NCBI RefSeq assembly: GCF_006345805.1
Contig: NC_043010.1
Coordinates: forward strand, 24,428,001-24,492,000
Length of the DNA: 64,000 nt
Origin: Octopus sinensis
Lineage: Eukaryota
Reading direction: 5' to 3'
Part shown: positions 38,721 to 53,459 of the stretch, piece after piece
How positions within the stretch are numbered: position 1 is the stretch's first letter
How the letters are laid out: each line of letters opens with the position of its first letter
Translations under genes and position numbers: made by a program
The notes under the pieces: generated by a model
Told to the model about the DNA's origin: nothing
Database searches by the model: none
Seen by the model: only the letters and a program-made list of their open reading frames with translations

Positions 38721-39980
38721 TAATATTATATTAAATTAGAGATAATTTAATATAATATTTTACTATAAAATTGGATTCAATCCTAAATCTGACTTTTCCC
38801 TGTAAGTTTGGATTTATTCCCTAATATTGTATTATATATATATATATATATTATATATATATATATATATACATACTGTAAATGTGTGCTTTTGTGTGTT
38901 CCTGTATGTGTGAGCACGTGAATACATCTTTGTGTTTATATTTATGCCCATCTAAAACCAGTGTTAGGTTATGCCTCTTTATTAGAGGCCGTAATTTAGC
39001 GGATTTTAGATGAGAAAAGTACGTACAAGGCTGACGTATGTCCTATGAATTAACTCGAGTGTATTTTGGGTGTTTTCAAATTATCTCCCTTTCTTCTCTA
39101 TGCTCACTATGAATTGCCTCTAAGATTTCGTTTGCTGTTCCTCGCTTAGATTGAAATTTCGAAACAATTAAGATTTTATTTGATGCGATATTCATTCGCA
39201 GCCCACGACACCTCCCCGTTAATTTAATCATCCCTGTTCGTGTCATCTGCTTCCTTTAGTCATTTCTCTTGGCCTTTTATAGCTTTCATAATCCTTGGCG
39301 AACGTTAAGCCTAATTGTTGTTGATGCCATACTCATTTATAAACATCGAAAATACGTGAAAGAATTCTTTCTTGGAACGTTGGATCTCGAAAGTTACGAA
39401 AGCATATAAATATCAGGCTGAGAATTATATTTGAATAGAACAGCTGTAATATTTACAGGAGATATGGGTTCGTGTGCCACAAGTACCCTCCGGTTTTTTC
39501 TATCCAGGGGTGTTTTTCATCCCAATATTTACATGAAGTTATTTAAACTATTGTGCGTGTGTGTGTGTGTATTTGTTTGTCCCCTTTATGTTTAGCCCCT
39601 TGTGGGTAATAACGAAATATATATGTGTGTGTGCGTGTGTGTGCTGCATGTGTGTGCATATATATACATATATAGAGAGAGAGGGAGGCAGACAGATAGA
39701 CAGAGACACAGGGAGAGAGAAATAGAGATGTAACTTCTGATCTGACGCCAAGTTGAAATGTGTGCGCAGACAACGACTAACAGATTGAAACGTAAGACTG
39801 TCTTCCTTACAACGAATCAAGTATTTTTATCGACTCGAAACATTTATCCTGAATTTTTCAAAATTATCTCCCCTCCTTCCTAAAAGTCACTCACAAATTC
39901 AAAAGAAAAGAATTCATTAAGTAGGGTATTCAACAGATCGCCCTTTCACGCATTACAATTACATACATATGTATGTATGC

Positions 39981-40015
<35 letters not shown>

Positions 40016-40288
40016 ATATATATATATGACACAGTGATCCTTCATCAATTATCAAATATCATGGCAATTTCGACTCCTTATCAATAATTTAGATATCATG
40101 CAATGTTATAGTAAAAGCATTAAATTGAAGAATTATCGAATAACTTATGTGGAGTATGTATATATTATACGTTTACAAGAATAGTGGCGACAGTGACATC
40201 GAAATTTCGCCTACTTGCCTTTTTAACTAACTCTCTCTCTATATATATTTGTGTGTGTGTATGTGTGTACATATACATATACTTATAT

Positions 40289-40347
<59 letters not shown>

Positions 40348-40396
40348 TGTATGTATGTATGTTTGTATGTATGTATGTATGCATAAATTGAGGATA

Positions 40397-40820
40397 TCAT
40401 ATCTATAAAAGGCATGATGTGTGTGCGTGTGTGTGTGTGTACATCCACAAATTAGCACGCATGTCGCTCAAATTTTAGGAGGACATTAGTCAACATCCTA
40501 TCTGGGCTTTGTCAACTTATTTTTTTCCCGAGGCACCCGTGGATAGCGTAAAAATCTATTTTCAGACATAGCTTTTAGCCATAAAAAATATCAGCCATTG
40601 CTTTTTTCACGGCGTCAAACAAAAAAAGAAATATGATAAAGAAAATTGGAAAAAGGAAGCCGAGAGTTTCACGAGAAAGACAAAGTGAGAGAGGGAAAGA
40701 GAGCGTAAATGACGACGTTCATAAACAGCCTTAGCTTTTTTGACGGCGTCTAAGAAAAAAATAAGATAAAGAAAAGTGGAAGAAGGGCAGTGAGTTTCAC
40801 GGGAAAGACAAAGTGAGAGA

Positions 40821-40869
<49 letters not shown>

Positions 40870-42401
40870 AATGATGACATTCATAAAAAATAAAATGTAA
40901 AACGTTTTGTTTTTTTGTTTTTGAAAGACACTATATTTTATAATCAGAGTATATATACTTTCTCACACAACAGTTATAATATACTGCGTTCCCTTTTGTT
41001 TGTTTGTGCGCATGTGTGTGGGTTAGTGTGTGTGTGTGTGTGCCTATACATGCACGCATTACGTATGTATGTGTGCGTGTGTTTGCATGTGTTTGTATGT
41101 TAGATATGTAAATAAACAGATCAATATACAGACGGATAGGTATATAGACTATATGAACAGACACATATGGAGACATGGATCCACACATATAACAATGCAC
41201 ATCCATACATACAAACATGGTACATAGTTACATAACACACACACACAGATATGCGCACACAAGGAGACAGAGGTGCATATATACAAACACATGCTCACAC
41301 ACACATACTTAGAAAATACACAAACACGGACAGGCAAGCACATAAATATGCAGGATACGTACATAAAGATGCGCACACATACATACATATATACATATGC
41401 ATACACATATATATATATATACAAACATGCAAAAACACACACACATACATACGTACATGCGTGTATGTATAGGCACACACACACACACTGACCCACACAC
41501 ATGCGCACAAACAAGCAAAAGGGAACGCAGTGTAAATAACGGACAGAGTCAAAACTATTGAAAACACGCAAAGAAAATTTTTGGAAAATAAAAATAAGAA
41601 ATAACTGGAAATTTTATCGGTGAGTGTGTTAAATAATAAGGCACAAAAAATGACTCTCTCCAGACACAACAGAATATGCTTCAACACACGAACTCATATA
41701 AAGGATCTTGCAAAGCAAATTGAAAAACGAATTACAATATATTCATTGTAAGTCATTTATTTATTTTAAATCGTTCATCTTTCTCCCCCCCTCTCTCTCT
41801 CACACACACATTACTTTGAATGCGAAATAATTTTGTTTTTATTTTACGCCGAGTAAAAAAGTGTTTTTTTTACAATCCATTTATTTAACAACAAAGAAAC
41901 AAAGAGGTGAGTAACAATTTGTCAGTGAATTATACAATATAAATGGGTACAATTTGTGAGGCTTCCCCCACACCCCTCTCCGTTTCACGGACCACAAAAT
42001 GGGCTTTGAGACCAGAGTAGTTGATTCCACGCTAAAAAAAACGATTTTATTTTCTTAGTGAAAATCGTGCGAGTGTTAATCTACAAATTTAACAACATTT
42101 TTTCCATTCATGTCTGTTTATGAACATGTATGCGTGCACAAAACATCCAATAGGTGTACGTACGTACGTGTGTGTATGTGTGTTCGTGTCTGTTGCCCAT
42201 ATATATTTATATTATATTATATATATATAATATATATAATGTATATATAATATATATAATATATATATATATAATATAACTAATTTCAACGGATTTCGCC
42301 CAAATTTGACGTTTATATTACTTAGTTTGGTTTGAAATAAAGGACTTGATTAGCTTAATAATCGTAACTTAATCCCGGGCAAGGCCGGGTTATACTGCTA
42401 G
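40397..42401 (+). mobile_element. Non-autonomous Helitron-like element, long version
   Basis: 5' tcatatctataaaaggc..(tg)n catccacaaattagc; 3' hairpin cccgggcaaggccggg plus ttatactg CTAG. Confidence 0.7.
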
Positions 42402-42553
42402 TAATCATTAGAATGATTATATCAGTGAGCAGCGTATAATAACCACCATATCGGTAAAATTAATATTTAAGAATTTAAGAGTGGTTCGTAGATATTTAAC
42501 AGCTACTTCTTGTGTATTGGCGTTGCCCCAGAACCCTTAATTATAATTATTTG

Positions 42554-43068
42554 TATATATATATAAGGCAAGATGTGTGTGTGTGTGTGTGCGTGTGTGT
42601 GTACGTGATTGTAGTTTATGCACATCCACAAATTAGCACCATGTCGCTCAAATTTTAGGACATTCGTCAACACCCTATCTGGTTTTGTCAACTTATTTTT
42701 TTCCCGAGGCAGCCGTGGATTGCGGTAAAGTTCTATTTTCAGACATAGCTTTTAGCCATAAAAAATATCAGCCATAGCTTTTTGACGGCGTCTAACAAAA
42801 ACAAAATAAGATAAAGAAAATTGGAAGAGGGGCAGAGAGTTTCACGGGAAAGACAAAGTGAGAGAAGGAGAGAGAGAGAGAGTAAGTGACGATGTTCATA
42901 AAAATAAAATGTAAAATGTTTTGTTTTTCTTAAACACGAGATATAGTGTTCAAATTCAGGATATTTTTGAAAGACACTATATTTTATAATCAGAATATAC
43001 ATACTTTCTCACACAACAATCACAATATATTTATTTTAAATCATTTACTTATTTTAAATCGTTCATCT

Positions 43069-43103
<35 letters not shown>

Positions 43104-43261
43104 CACATTACTTTGGGTGTGAAAGAGTTTTGCTTTTATTTTACGCCGAGTAAAAAAGTGTTTTGTTGAGAGTCGATAGTACTTAGTTTGGTTTGAAATA
43201 AAGAACTTGATTAGGTTAATAATCGTAACTTAATCCCGGGCAAGGCCGGGTTATACTGCTA
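42554..43261 (+). mobile_element. Same Helitron-like family, short version, in tandem
   Basis: Shares catccacaaattagc...gagtaaaaaagtgtttt and the identical 3' end aatcgtaacttaatcccgggcaaggccgggttatactgct. Confidence 0.7.
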
Positions 43262-43463
43262 TATATATATATATCGATAGGTGAATGAATTATCCTATGT
43301 TTACCGTCAACATGGAAAATTCGATGAACCGATACCAGGGTAGCAAATTCACGTCAGAAACACGGTTGAAGCGACCTATCCAAGGGTAGAAACTCCGGGT
43401 TCATGAGCAGAAATTTGTGTGTTATATATGAATGAATAAATAAATAAATGGAGTTGAACGAAG

Positions 43464-44027
43464 ATGTTAACAAAACTATTGTTGAACGAAGATGTTAACA
43501 AAACTATTGCTGATAGTATTATTAGTTGTATTTCCAATAATAATACTAATAATAATAGGAATAGTGTTGTTGGTGGGGGTAATAATAATAGTAACAACAA
43601 TCATAGCAATAAAAACAACCCCAACAGAATTAAATTTTTGTCTAATAATTCTAAGATTAAGAATTCTATTTACCAGTGTAAAATTTCTTCCGGTACCGAT
43701 GTCTTCTTCTATATAGGTGCGTCCACTTCCCAGTTATCCAAGAGAATTTCAAACCATTATTCATCATTTAGGGATAGTAAAAAACAACATAGTACAGGGC
43801 TAAGTAAATTAGTTTGGCGTCTTAAAGATAATAATATAGATTTTAAGTTAGATTGGTTCATACTGTCTGTATCCTTTCTTTTTGATAAGGGCAGGAGATT
43901 TTGTAACATTTGCAACTCTGAACTCGTCCATATTCTCTTCTCTAAGGATCCCCTTGTAAACACACTTATAAAGAAATCGTACAAATGTAAGCACTGGCAG
44001 CAATATACTTTTTACTCATATAAATGA
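43464..44027 (+). CDS. Open 187-aa GIY-YIG endonuclease ORF of PLE type
   Basis: ATG at 43464; SIYQCKI..FYIGAST..LSKRISNHYSSF..STGLSKLVWRLK..W.IL..FCNICNSELVHI..LVN..CKH. No internal stop; expression unknown. Confidence 0.65.
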   Translation: MLTKLLLNEDVNKTIADSIISCISNNNTNNNRNSVVGGGNNNSNNNHSNKNNPNRIKFLSNNSKIKNSIYQCKISSGTDVFFYIGASTSQLSKRISNHYSSFRDSKKQHSTGLSKLVWRLKDNNIDFKLDWFILSVSFLFDKGRRFCNICNSELVHILFSKDPLVNTLIKKSYKCKHWQQYTFYSYK

Positions 44028-44291
44028 TTTCGATAGTCATTATTATTTGAACAATTAGTTTAACATGCACTCCACTTCAATAGAGAAATTCTTTCCTAAG
44101 CCTTTGAACATTCTTCTAATCCCTCTCTATTTGTTCCCTACTTATTATTCCTTTAACCATTCTCTTCCTACTATCTAACTTTGACGTCAATTCTACTAAT
44201 GGTTTTTTTAAACACTTATTATCGTTTTGTTTACCATGTAGGCAGTCATCGCAATTATTATTTTGTCTTGTTGTTGAGAGAGGCTCCCTTT

Positions 44292-44373
44292 CTTTCCTGA
44301 TGAGAAGATTGCATCTTGCACCGTTTATTCCTTTGGAATAAAACCATGTTGTCTTCGAAACATATGTCGAGAG
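44292..44373 (+). ncRNA. Canonical type-I hammerhead ribozyme
   Basis: ctttc CTGATGA gaaga(..tttattcc ttt ggaataaa..)tcttc GAAA catatg TC gagag. GUC triplet, palindromic stem III, predicted cleavage after C44368. Confidence 0.9.
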
Positions 44374-44423
44374 TAAAGGAATTTTGTTAACATTTTCGTT
44401 CAACTCCATTTATTTATTTATTC

Positions 44424-44454
<31 letters not shown>

Positions 44455-44466
44455 ATATATATATAT

Positions 44467-44760
44467 GGTTACGGTAGCGGACTCGCGGTTGGAGGATCGC
44501 GGTTTCGATTCCCAGACCAGGCGTTGTGCGTGTTTATTGGGCGAAAACACCTAAAAGATCCACGAGGCTCCGGTGGGGGGCGACCTCTGTTGTACTCTTT
44601 TGCCCCAAGTTTCTTTTACTCTTTCTTCCTGCTTCTTGAGTAACGCTGCGATGGACTGGCGTCCCGTCCAGCTGGGGGAAACACATACACCATAGAAACC
44701 GGGAAACCGGGCCCATGAGCCTGGCTAGGCTTGAAAAGGGCACATAAATAAATAAATAAA
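44467..44760 (+). mobile_element. SINE family A, slightly 5'-truncated
   Basis: gcggactcgcggttggaggatcgcggtttcgattcccagacc...gaaaccgggaaaccgggccc...(taaa)n. Confidence 0.85.
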
Positions 44761-44772
44761 TATATACATATG

Positions 44773-44832
<60 letters not shown>

Positions 44833-46059
44833 ATATATATGCATGCATACATTCATAGATACTGTTATTCACGTAAAAATGTGTATTTGTAAAGATGGTG
44901 TATTTCTATGCTTGGTATGAGTACATATGTAATGCATGTTTGTATGTACATGTGTCATGCAAAAGAGTGCGCATTTGTATGCATCTAGTAAAATATGAAG
45001 CATTTACCTGTATGCAAAATTCTATATGAATGTACATGTTTTTGAAGATATGGGGGTATGTTCATATGCAGTGTAAAAATAAATGGAGTATATGTGGATA
45101 TACAATGATATATGTGGAGGAATAGTTTAAATATAAATAGAGAGGTATGCATCTGTATAGATCTGATATAACAATTCATGAATATATAAAAACTGTATAT
45201 ATGTATACATTTAGTACATTTAGAGTTGTAGAAAGTATATACAGTCCGTTGATATTGCGTGAAGTGCCGTGCATTTATACACACCTTGCGTAGTGGATAT
45301 ACATCATGTCCTGTATGTGTCAATGGCTTATGTGTTGTGTGAAGTAATATCTAGCATACACACGTGTACATCTAGTTCAGAAAGCAACGCTCGTACATAT
45401 ATACATTTGTGCGTGTGTGTGTGCGTTTGTGTACAATACTATATGTAACTGCATTATTAAGTGTATATTATTGTCTTCTCTGTGAGTATGTGAGTGCTCA
45501 AGTGTGAGCTAGCTGCTGGTCATATGTTAATGATGCTAAAAGTCTCATTATCAGCTCTTGTACGTTACCCAAATGACTAGCACCCTGCAAGCAAATCACT
45601 CGTCAATTGTGGCTGCGCATTGTTATCATTCTCTCCAACGCCACTCCCCCAACACTCTGACGATGCAGCAGCGCCTCGGGGTGTATTTTCTGAGCGCATT
45701 AATATCTGTTTTACATGACGAAGAAGAATCAATGGAAACTATATAAAATAAAATGCATAAACTATACTATAACCATACAAAAAATAGACACACACTCTAC
45801 ACACATACACAAACACACTCACACACACACACACACACACATAAGTATATGTATGTATATATATATCTATATATATACATACAAATATACATGCATAAAT
45901 GTAAATACACACACATAAAAATGTAGATATACACATTTAAAAAAGAAGTTAGAGACACGTATAATTATACATACAGTACTCACACACTCTTACACATACA
46001 CATGTATATATGCGTGTAAACGTGTGTATATATGTGTGTATACGTATATATATATATGC

Positions 46060-46093
<34 letters not shown>

Positions 46094-46569
46094 ATGTATA
46101 TCTCCATATATACACACATATTCATATGTATATATACGTATATCTTTATGAATATATATGTATGTATATGTGTATATTCATGTATACACATGCACATACA
46201 GCGCACAACTCAACACAAACACACATTCATAACCAAGCATGCATACATATTTAGTAGAATGTTAAAACATGCACTGAGTAGAAAGCTTTAAATGATGTAT
46301 TATGGCGCAAACTGTGCATACATTTTAAGTGCGTGCGCATGTGTGAAAGTCTTTGTACCTGTGTCTGTCGATAGAGAGAGAGAAAGAAGGGAGAGAACAG
46401 TAAAAGCAAATACTCCATTCGTATAGAGATAAAGGACATAAAGGACACACACACGTACGGACACACATAGACACATACATGTTCAGATATAGAAGCACGT
46501 AGACAAACACATCCACAGATGAACCATACTTATACACACTTGTATTTATATGCATTCCATCATCAGAAT

Positions 46570-48620
<2,051 letters not shown>

Positions 48621-49435
48621 TCTATCTCAGTATTTGCCAAAGAATCCATATTTTTTAATTACCCAAACTTCATCAGGGATTCTTTTAGTTTTCTCAGATG
48701 TTTTTATTCTTTTTCTTTCGTTTATATTTCCCTTTATTATTGCTGTTCTTGTTCGTGTTCTTGTTGTTTATGCTGTTGATATTAGCAATCTTTTCTCTCG
48801 GCAAAATTGGAACACTCCCGCTAACTCCCTACCCCCTATATCTGCATATGCATATGTGTACATCTATCTATCTATATATGTATGTATGTGTATGTGTGTC
48901 CATATACATATATGTGTGTGTGTTTGTGCGTGTGTATGTATACAGATATATGTATATATATATATACATGCATTTATATATATAAGCATGCATATATATA
49001 TATGTGTGTGTGTGTGTATGTGAGTGTGTGTATGTATGTGTGTGTGTGAAACATTTAACAATTTTTAAATTTTTGTCCCTTGCTTATTAATGAAATATCA
49101 ACTCATCAGTCTTACGTCCTAAAATTAAATTTCTTAATCTTATTCTCGTCATTTATGTTTATGTTCATCACCACCACCATCATCACCACCACCACCATCA
49201 TCATCATTATTATTATAGTCACGAGTTTTTTGTTTGTTTGTTTTGGTTTTTTGCTACTGCATCACCAGCTGCACATCTGCATTTCTGAGATGTGTTCAGA
49301 ATTATCTTACATCAGAAAGTGTCTTACATCTAATCTGCTCTGCTTTATCTGTTCTTAATATACCGCTTCGTTTGTTTATTTGTTGTGAAATGTATTATTT
49401 AAGGTAGTGAGAGGTGATTACCTATTATTATTATA

Positions 49436-49514
<79 letters not shown>

Positions 49515-50287
49515 CATTATTATGATTATTATTATTATTATCGTTATTATTATATTATATGTGCTGTGTATGTAAAATCTATCTCTTACTGAGTGATAAT
49601 TTTGTTACGTAGATAATTTGTAAGTTGTGTTATAATGTTACAGCAGCGGTAAATGGTCGTGCAGAGAATATGATATTTGATCTTTTTTAATTCTGAATTC
49701 AATGAGTCTTATGTATGATGCCTTGCAAGAAGACATACGTTCATACGTGTAAAGTTGTAAACGCCGAAATGATGTGTGTGTGTGTGTGTGTGTGTGCATG
49801 TGTGTGTGCATGTGTGTGTGTGTGCATGCGTGCGTTGCTTGCTTAATGTGCTTATCTATCATACATAGTACATCTGCTATTGTGGCTCAATGCATGCTAA
49901 GCGTTGCCGGCCACAGCAATCATACTGACCACCGGGTATATTATCATCCGACAAGTTCCACACTCTAACTGAGGATAAAGATCATTCAAATACAAGGATG
50001 CTACTGCAAGATGCACATTACATGAAACTGAGGACCTACCAAATTCAACAGAGAACGAAGATTCTTGATGTAAAGTTGTGAAAATTATTTCAATTGCAGT
50101 AGCTTCACGATGAGAACAGCGATAATTTTGGAGTAAAGATTATTTGCCAACATAACGTGACAGTCCTGGTTTAGGAGGAATGCTGCTGTACTACTGAGAA
50201 AATCGCATTTAGATCTTATCGTGTCAAAAATTCTTCTTGCATTTTATCAATAATTTCTTAGATTGCGTGAATATTCTTTTCTACTCA

Positions 50288-50655
50288 AGGCATAAGGCTC
50301 GAAATTTTGGGAGAGGGGGCCAGTCGATTAGATCGATCCCAGTATGCAATTGATGCTTAAGTTATCGACCGCGAAAGGATGAAAGGCAAAGTTGACCTCG
50401 GCGGAATTTGAACTCAGAACGTAACGGCAGACGAAATACCTATTTCTTTACTACCCACAAGAGGCTAAACACAGAGAAGACAAACAAGGATAGACAAACG
50501 GATTAAGTCGATTATATCGACTCCAGTGCGTAACTAGTACCTATTTAATCGACCCCGAAAGAATGAAAGGCATTTGAACTCAGAACGTAGCGGCAGACGA
50601 AATACTGCTAAGTATTTCGCCTGGCGTGCTAACGATTCTGCTAGCTCGCCACCTT
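50288..50655 (-). mobile_element. Two nested/tandem SINE family C copies
   Basis: Two repeats of cgac(c)..gaaagg/aatgaaaggc..atttgaactcagaacgta.cggcagacgaaatac. Confidence 0.8.
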
Positions 50656-50717
50656 AATTTGCAGGAATATTAACAAAATTGTCTTATAAAATCTTTCTAC
50701 ATAATATCAAAATAATC

Positions 50718-50835
50718 ACCGTGATCACCGTAACCGACCAGGCTATCAAATGTTACTACACATCGCTGGTCACAATGCGCTTTGCATTGTTTTAGCCTTC
50801 AAAGGACGCCACCCCGCTGGCTATGCAAGTAGACC
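50718..50835 (-). mobile_element. SINE family D tail
   Basis: Reverse complement of the 21250-21343 tail. Confidence 0.55.
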
Positions 50836-50851
50836 AACAGAAGAAAGAAAG

Positions 50852-51014
50852 AAAGTTGTGGCGAAAGAGTACAGCAGGGATTGCCACCACATCTTGCCGG
50901 AGTCTCGTGGAGCTTTAAGTGTTTTCGCTCAATAAACACAACGCCCGGTCTGGGAATCGAAACTGCGATTCGACAACCGCGAGTCCGCTGCCCTAACCGC
51001 TGGGCCATTGTGCC
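50852..51014 (-). mobile_element. SINE family A, 5' half
   Basis: Reverse complement of ggcacaatggcccagcggttagggcagcggactcgcgg...gtactctttcgccacaac. Confidence 0.85.
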
Positions 51015-51118
51015 GCCATCAAAATAATATTAATCCCAAAACTTATAATTTACTAAATGTTAGTATATTTCTTCTTTCTTGTAATTACTGTTTCATTTCC
51101 ATAAAATATATTGATATA

Positions 51119-51335
51119 GGCGCAATGGCCCAGTGGTTAGGGCAGCGGACTTGCGGTCGGAGGATCGCGGTTTCGATTCCCAGACCGGGCGTTGTGTGTG
51201 TTTATTGAGCGAAAACACCTAAAAGCTCCACGAGGCTCCGGCAGGGGATGGTGGTGATCCCTGCTGTACTCTTTCACCACTCTAAAAGGCGGTGCTCCAG
51301 CATGGCCGCAGTCAAATGACTGAAACAAGTACAAA
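51119..51335 (+). mobile_element. Chimeric SINE: family A head fused to family B tail
   Basis: ggcgcaatggcccagtgg...ctttcaccactct | aaaaggcggtgctccagcatggccgcagtcaaatgactgaaacaag. Confidence 0.8.
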
Positions 51336-51379
51336 AAAAAAATAATAAAAAAAAAAAATAGGTTCACAAAATTCTTCTT

Positions 51380-53205
51380 GTGAATTCTAGTGGGCGTATC
51401 TCGCCACAAAAATAAGAATAAGCCATTTGGATTACCTTTTTGGATTACCTTTTTGGAATATTATACAAAGGATTCACTGTCTGTGCTATTTGTGAGATTT
51501 TTCTTTAACTTTTCCCTTCTTCTATTATTTCTTTCTTTCTAAATTTTGGTTCATTCTTTTCATTACTTTAATTTCAGTTTCCTCCCCTCCCCCTTATTTT
51601 GTTTTATTTTTATTCGGTTTAATTTTTTGGCAGACTTTCTTTTGAACTACCTTTGAACTGTTTTTTGACATGGCAGAGAAGGAACTTAAAAAGAAAAACT
51701 CTGTCTTAGAGTGGGAAATTAACCCGCCTAAGCAATGGTTAAAAGATATGGAGGAGAAGACGATTGTACTTAGAACGTATTCTAAAGTTCTTAATTCCAT
51801 CACCGTCTTCCCAAAACAAGTCATAAAAAAGAACATTTGTTCTCTGTAAAATATATATCCCGTGGTGCCAAACATGCAACCGTATGGTTGCTATTTGACA
51901 ACGGGGAAAAGGCTCGCCAGTTTGCGAGACAGCGTTTAGAAGGCAAGGAAATCCTGTTTCTCCCGTCATATTGTGGAAGAAAATTAATACGAGCCTGGAT
52001 ATGTGGGCTCCCCTCGGGCACCGAAGCGGATTGGATTGAAGATACCATCTGACGGGGACTGGGAGATGGCGGGCCCAGGCTCTTAAATGTAAGAGTATTG
52101 CCGGAGGTCGATTGGGAAGGGTCAAAAGCGATTTTGACCCTGTGGACCCCATCGGCCGCAACAGAACTGGTTTTTCCAGATTTCTTGAAAATGGCTGGCA
52201 GCAGGTATCCGGTGATACTTGAGGGACGTCCCCCAAAGTGTCACTCGTGCCTGCAGCCAGGCCACATTAAAAGGAACTGCCTCCAGGACCATGTTAAGGT
52301 CCTGGAACAGTCACTAGATGCCACCTCCCCTACCCGGTCAAAGGGAGAGGTGGATGTGATCGAGGAGGCTTCAGCCTTCTCAACTCAAAAAGGATTAAAA
52401 AGGAAGAAGGCAACAATAGTTGCCCGCCGAAGGAACCTAAGGCTTCGGAAGGCGGGGGAGAGTCTCCGGACAAAGCGGAAGAGCTCCACTCTCCCGAAGC
52501 CAGGAAGAAAAGAAAGAAAAGAAGGAAGAAGAACGGGTCATCTCAGCGGGGAGATGATGTGCCGACTGCATGTCCCGAAGTTGTGCCACCCACGGTGGAA
52601 GAAACCACCCCACCCTTAAAGATGATCAATTAATTATCTTTTTCTACAAGGGCGGGGAGGTGGAAAAAATAGTAGAAGAACATAAAGAAACAGTAGATAT
52701 GCCCTTCACACGGGATCCCGAATGGCCTCCGCAGATAGCTGTGGAGGTCATAAGGTTTCCCTTAAAGGATTTGGGGAGGAATGTCGCATATGGCCGGGTG
52801 GCTCTTACACGACTTACATGTCCTACATGAGTGAGGCATGGGAAATGGCGGGATACAGGAACTCAAGCGGCATTGAAGATAATGATGAATATATCGAAGA
52901 GTAGGAGGTGAAAGACCCTCGTCACAGGGTTTGAAACCTCATCTTATTGGATTAGTTTGTAGTGATTTATAACCTCAATTTTGTGCTTTAAGAAAAAAGA
53001 AAGAAAACATGTTAAGTAAGAGGTTCGAAACCTCATACTGATTTCAAAAAAAAAAAGAAAATATGTTTTCGAGAAAGATCCAATCGGCGGGTGTTGGGTT
53101 TCGTCTCTCATTTATTCATTATATTTCATTTTCATTCATTAATGTATTTGTCCAGCCCGCAAAGTTCTTTGTACTGTCTATATGACAAATTTATGAAATA
53201 AAGTA
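51380..53205 (+). mobile_element. ORF1-only retroelement-like unit (copy 1)
   Basis: 5' motif gtgggcgtatct, T-rich leader, disrupted ORF 51670-52904, 3'UTR with AATAAA at 53197; no endonuclease or RT. Confidence 0.65.
51670..52904 (+). pseudogene. Disrupted Gag/ORF1-like protein with CCHC zinc knuckle
   Basis: MAEKELKK.. start; EGRPPK-CHSCLQPGHIKRNC (C-x2-C-x4-H-x4-C, 52239-52280); basic linker; C-terminal domain ..WPPQIAVEVI. Several frameshifts and a TGA at ~52050. Confidence 0.75.
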
Positions 53206-53459
53206 GCTGCCTTATCTCGCTTACCCATGCGTGAGTTTGTCATTCACTTACGAGAGTTAACACTGTCAAGACGTGCTTGGAAGCCGTCTTGAATTAAAGA
53301 ACCGTTGAAGTCGCGACTGCAAAGTAGGCATCTGTCTTTTAGGAATTCGGTGGGGAAATTTTATTTTTTTATCTTGTTTTTTTTTTCTTGAATAAGTAAT
53401 CCTAACTGGGTCCTAGACATTTGTCTGCTGCGGATGCGCCGAGTGACTCAATTAGCTGA

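Larger units (their letters stand above)
43423..44430 (+). mobile_element. 5'-truncated Penelope-like element: inverted arm, GIY-YIG ORF, pLTR with HHR
   Basis: ~50 bp inverted termini (43423-43475 / 44382-44430) in TA context; GIY-YIG ORF; canonical hammerhead. Confidence 0.8.

Noticed and set aside
39730-39810. ctgacg..gaaacgta hammerhead-like words
   Set aside because: Stems I and II do not pair.
44116-44409. Convergent 97-aa ORF MELNENVNK.. with Cys residues, as a second gene of the GIY-YIG element
   Set aside because: It is antisense to the pLTR that carries the hammerhead; the shared N-terminus is explained by the inverted arm.
44985-45323. HTGK-containing ORF resembling a C2H2 zinc-finger array
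   Set aside because: There is no CxxC..H..H periodicity; it is degenerate TA/TG-rich sequence.
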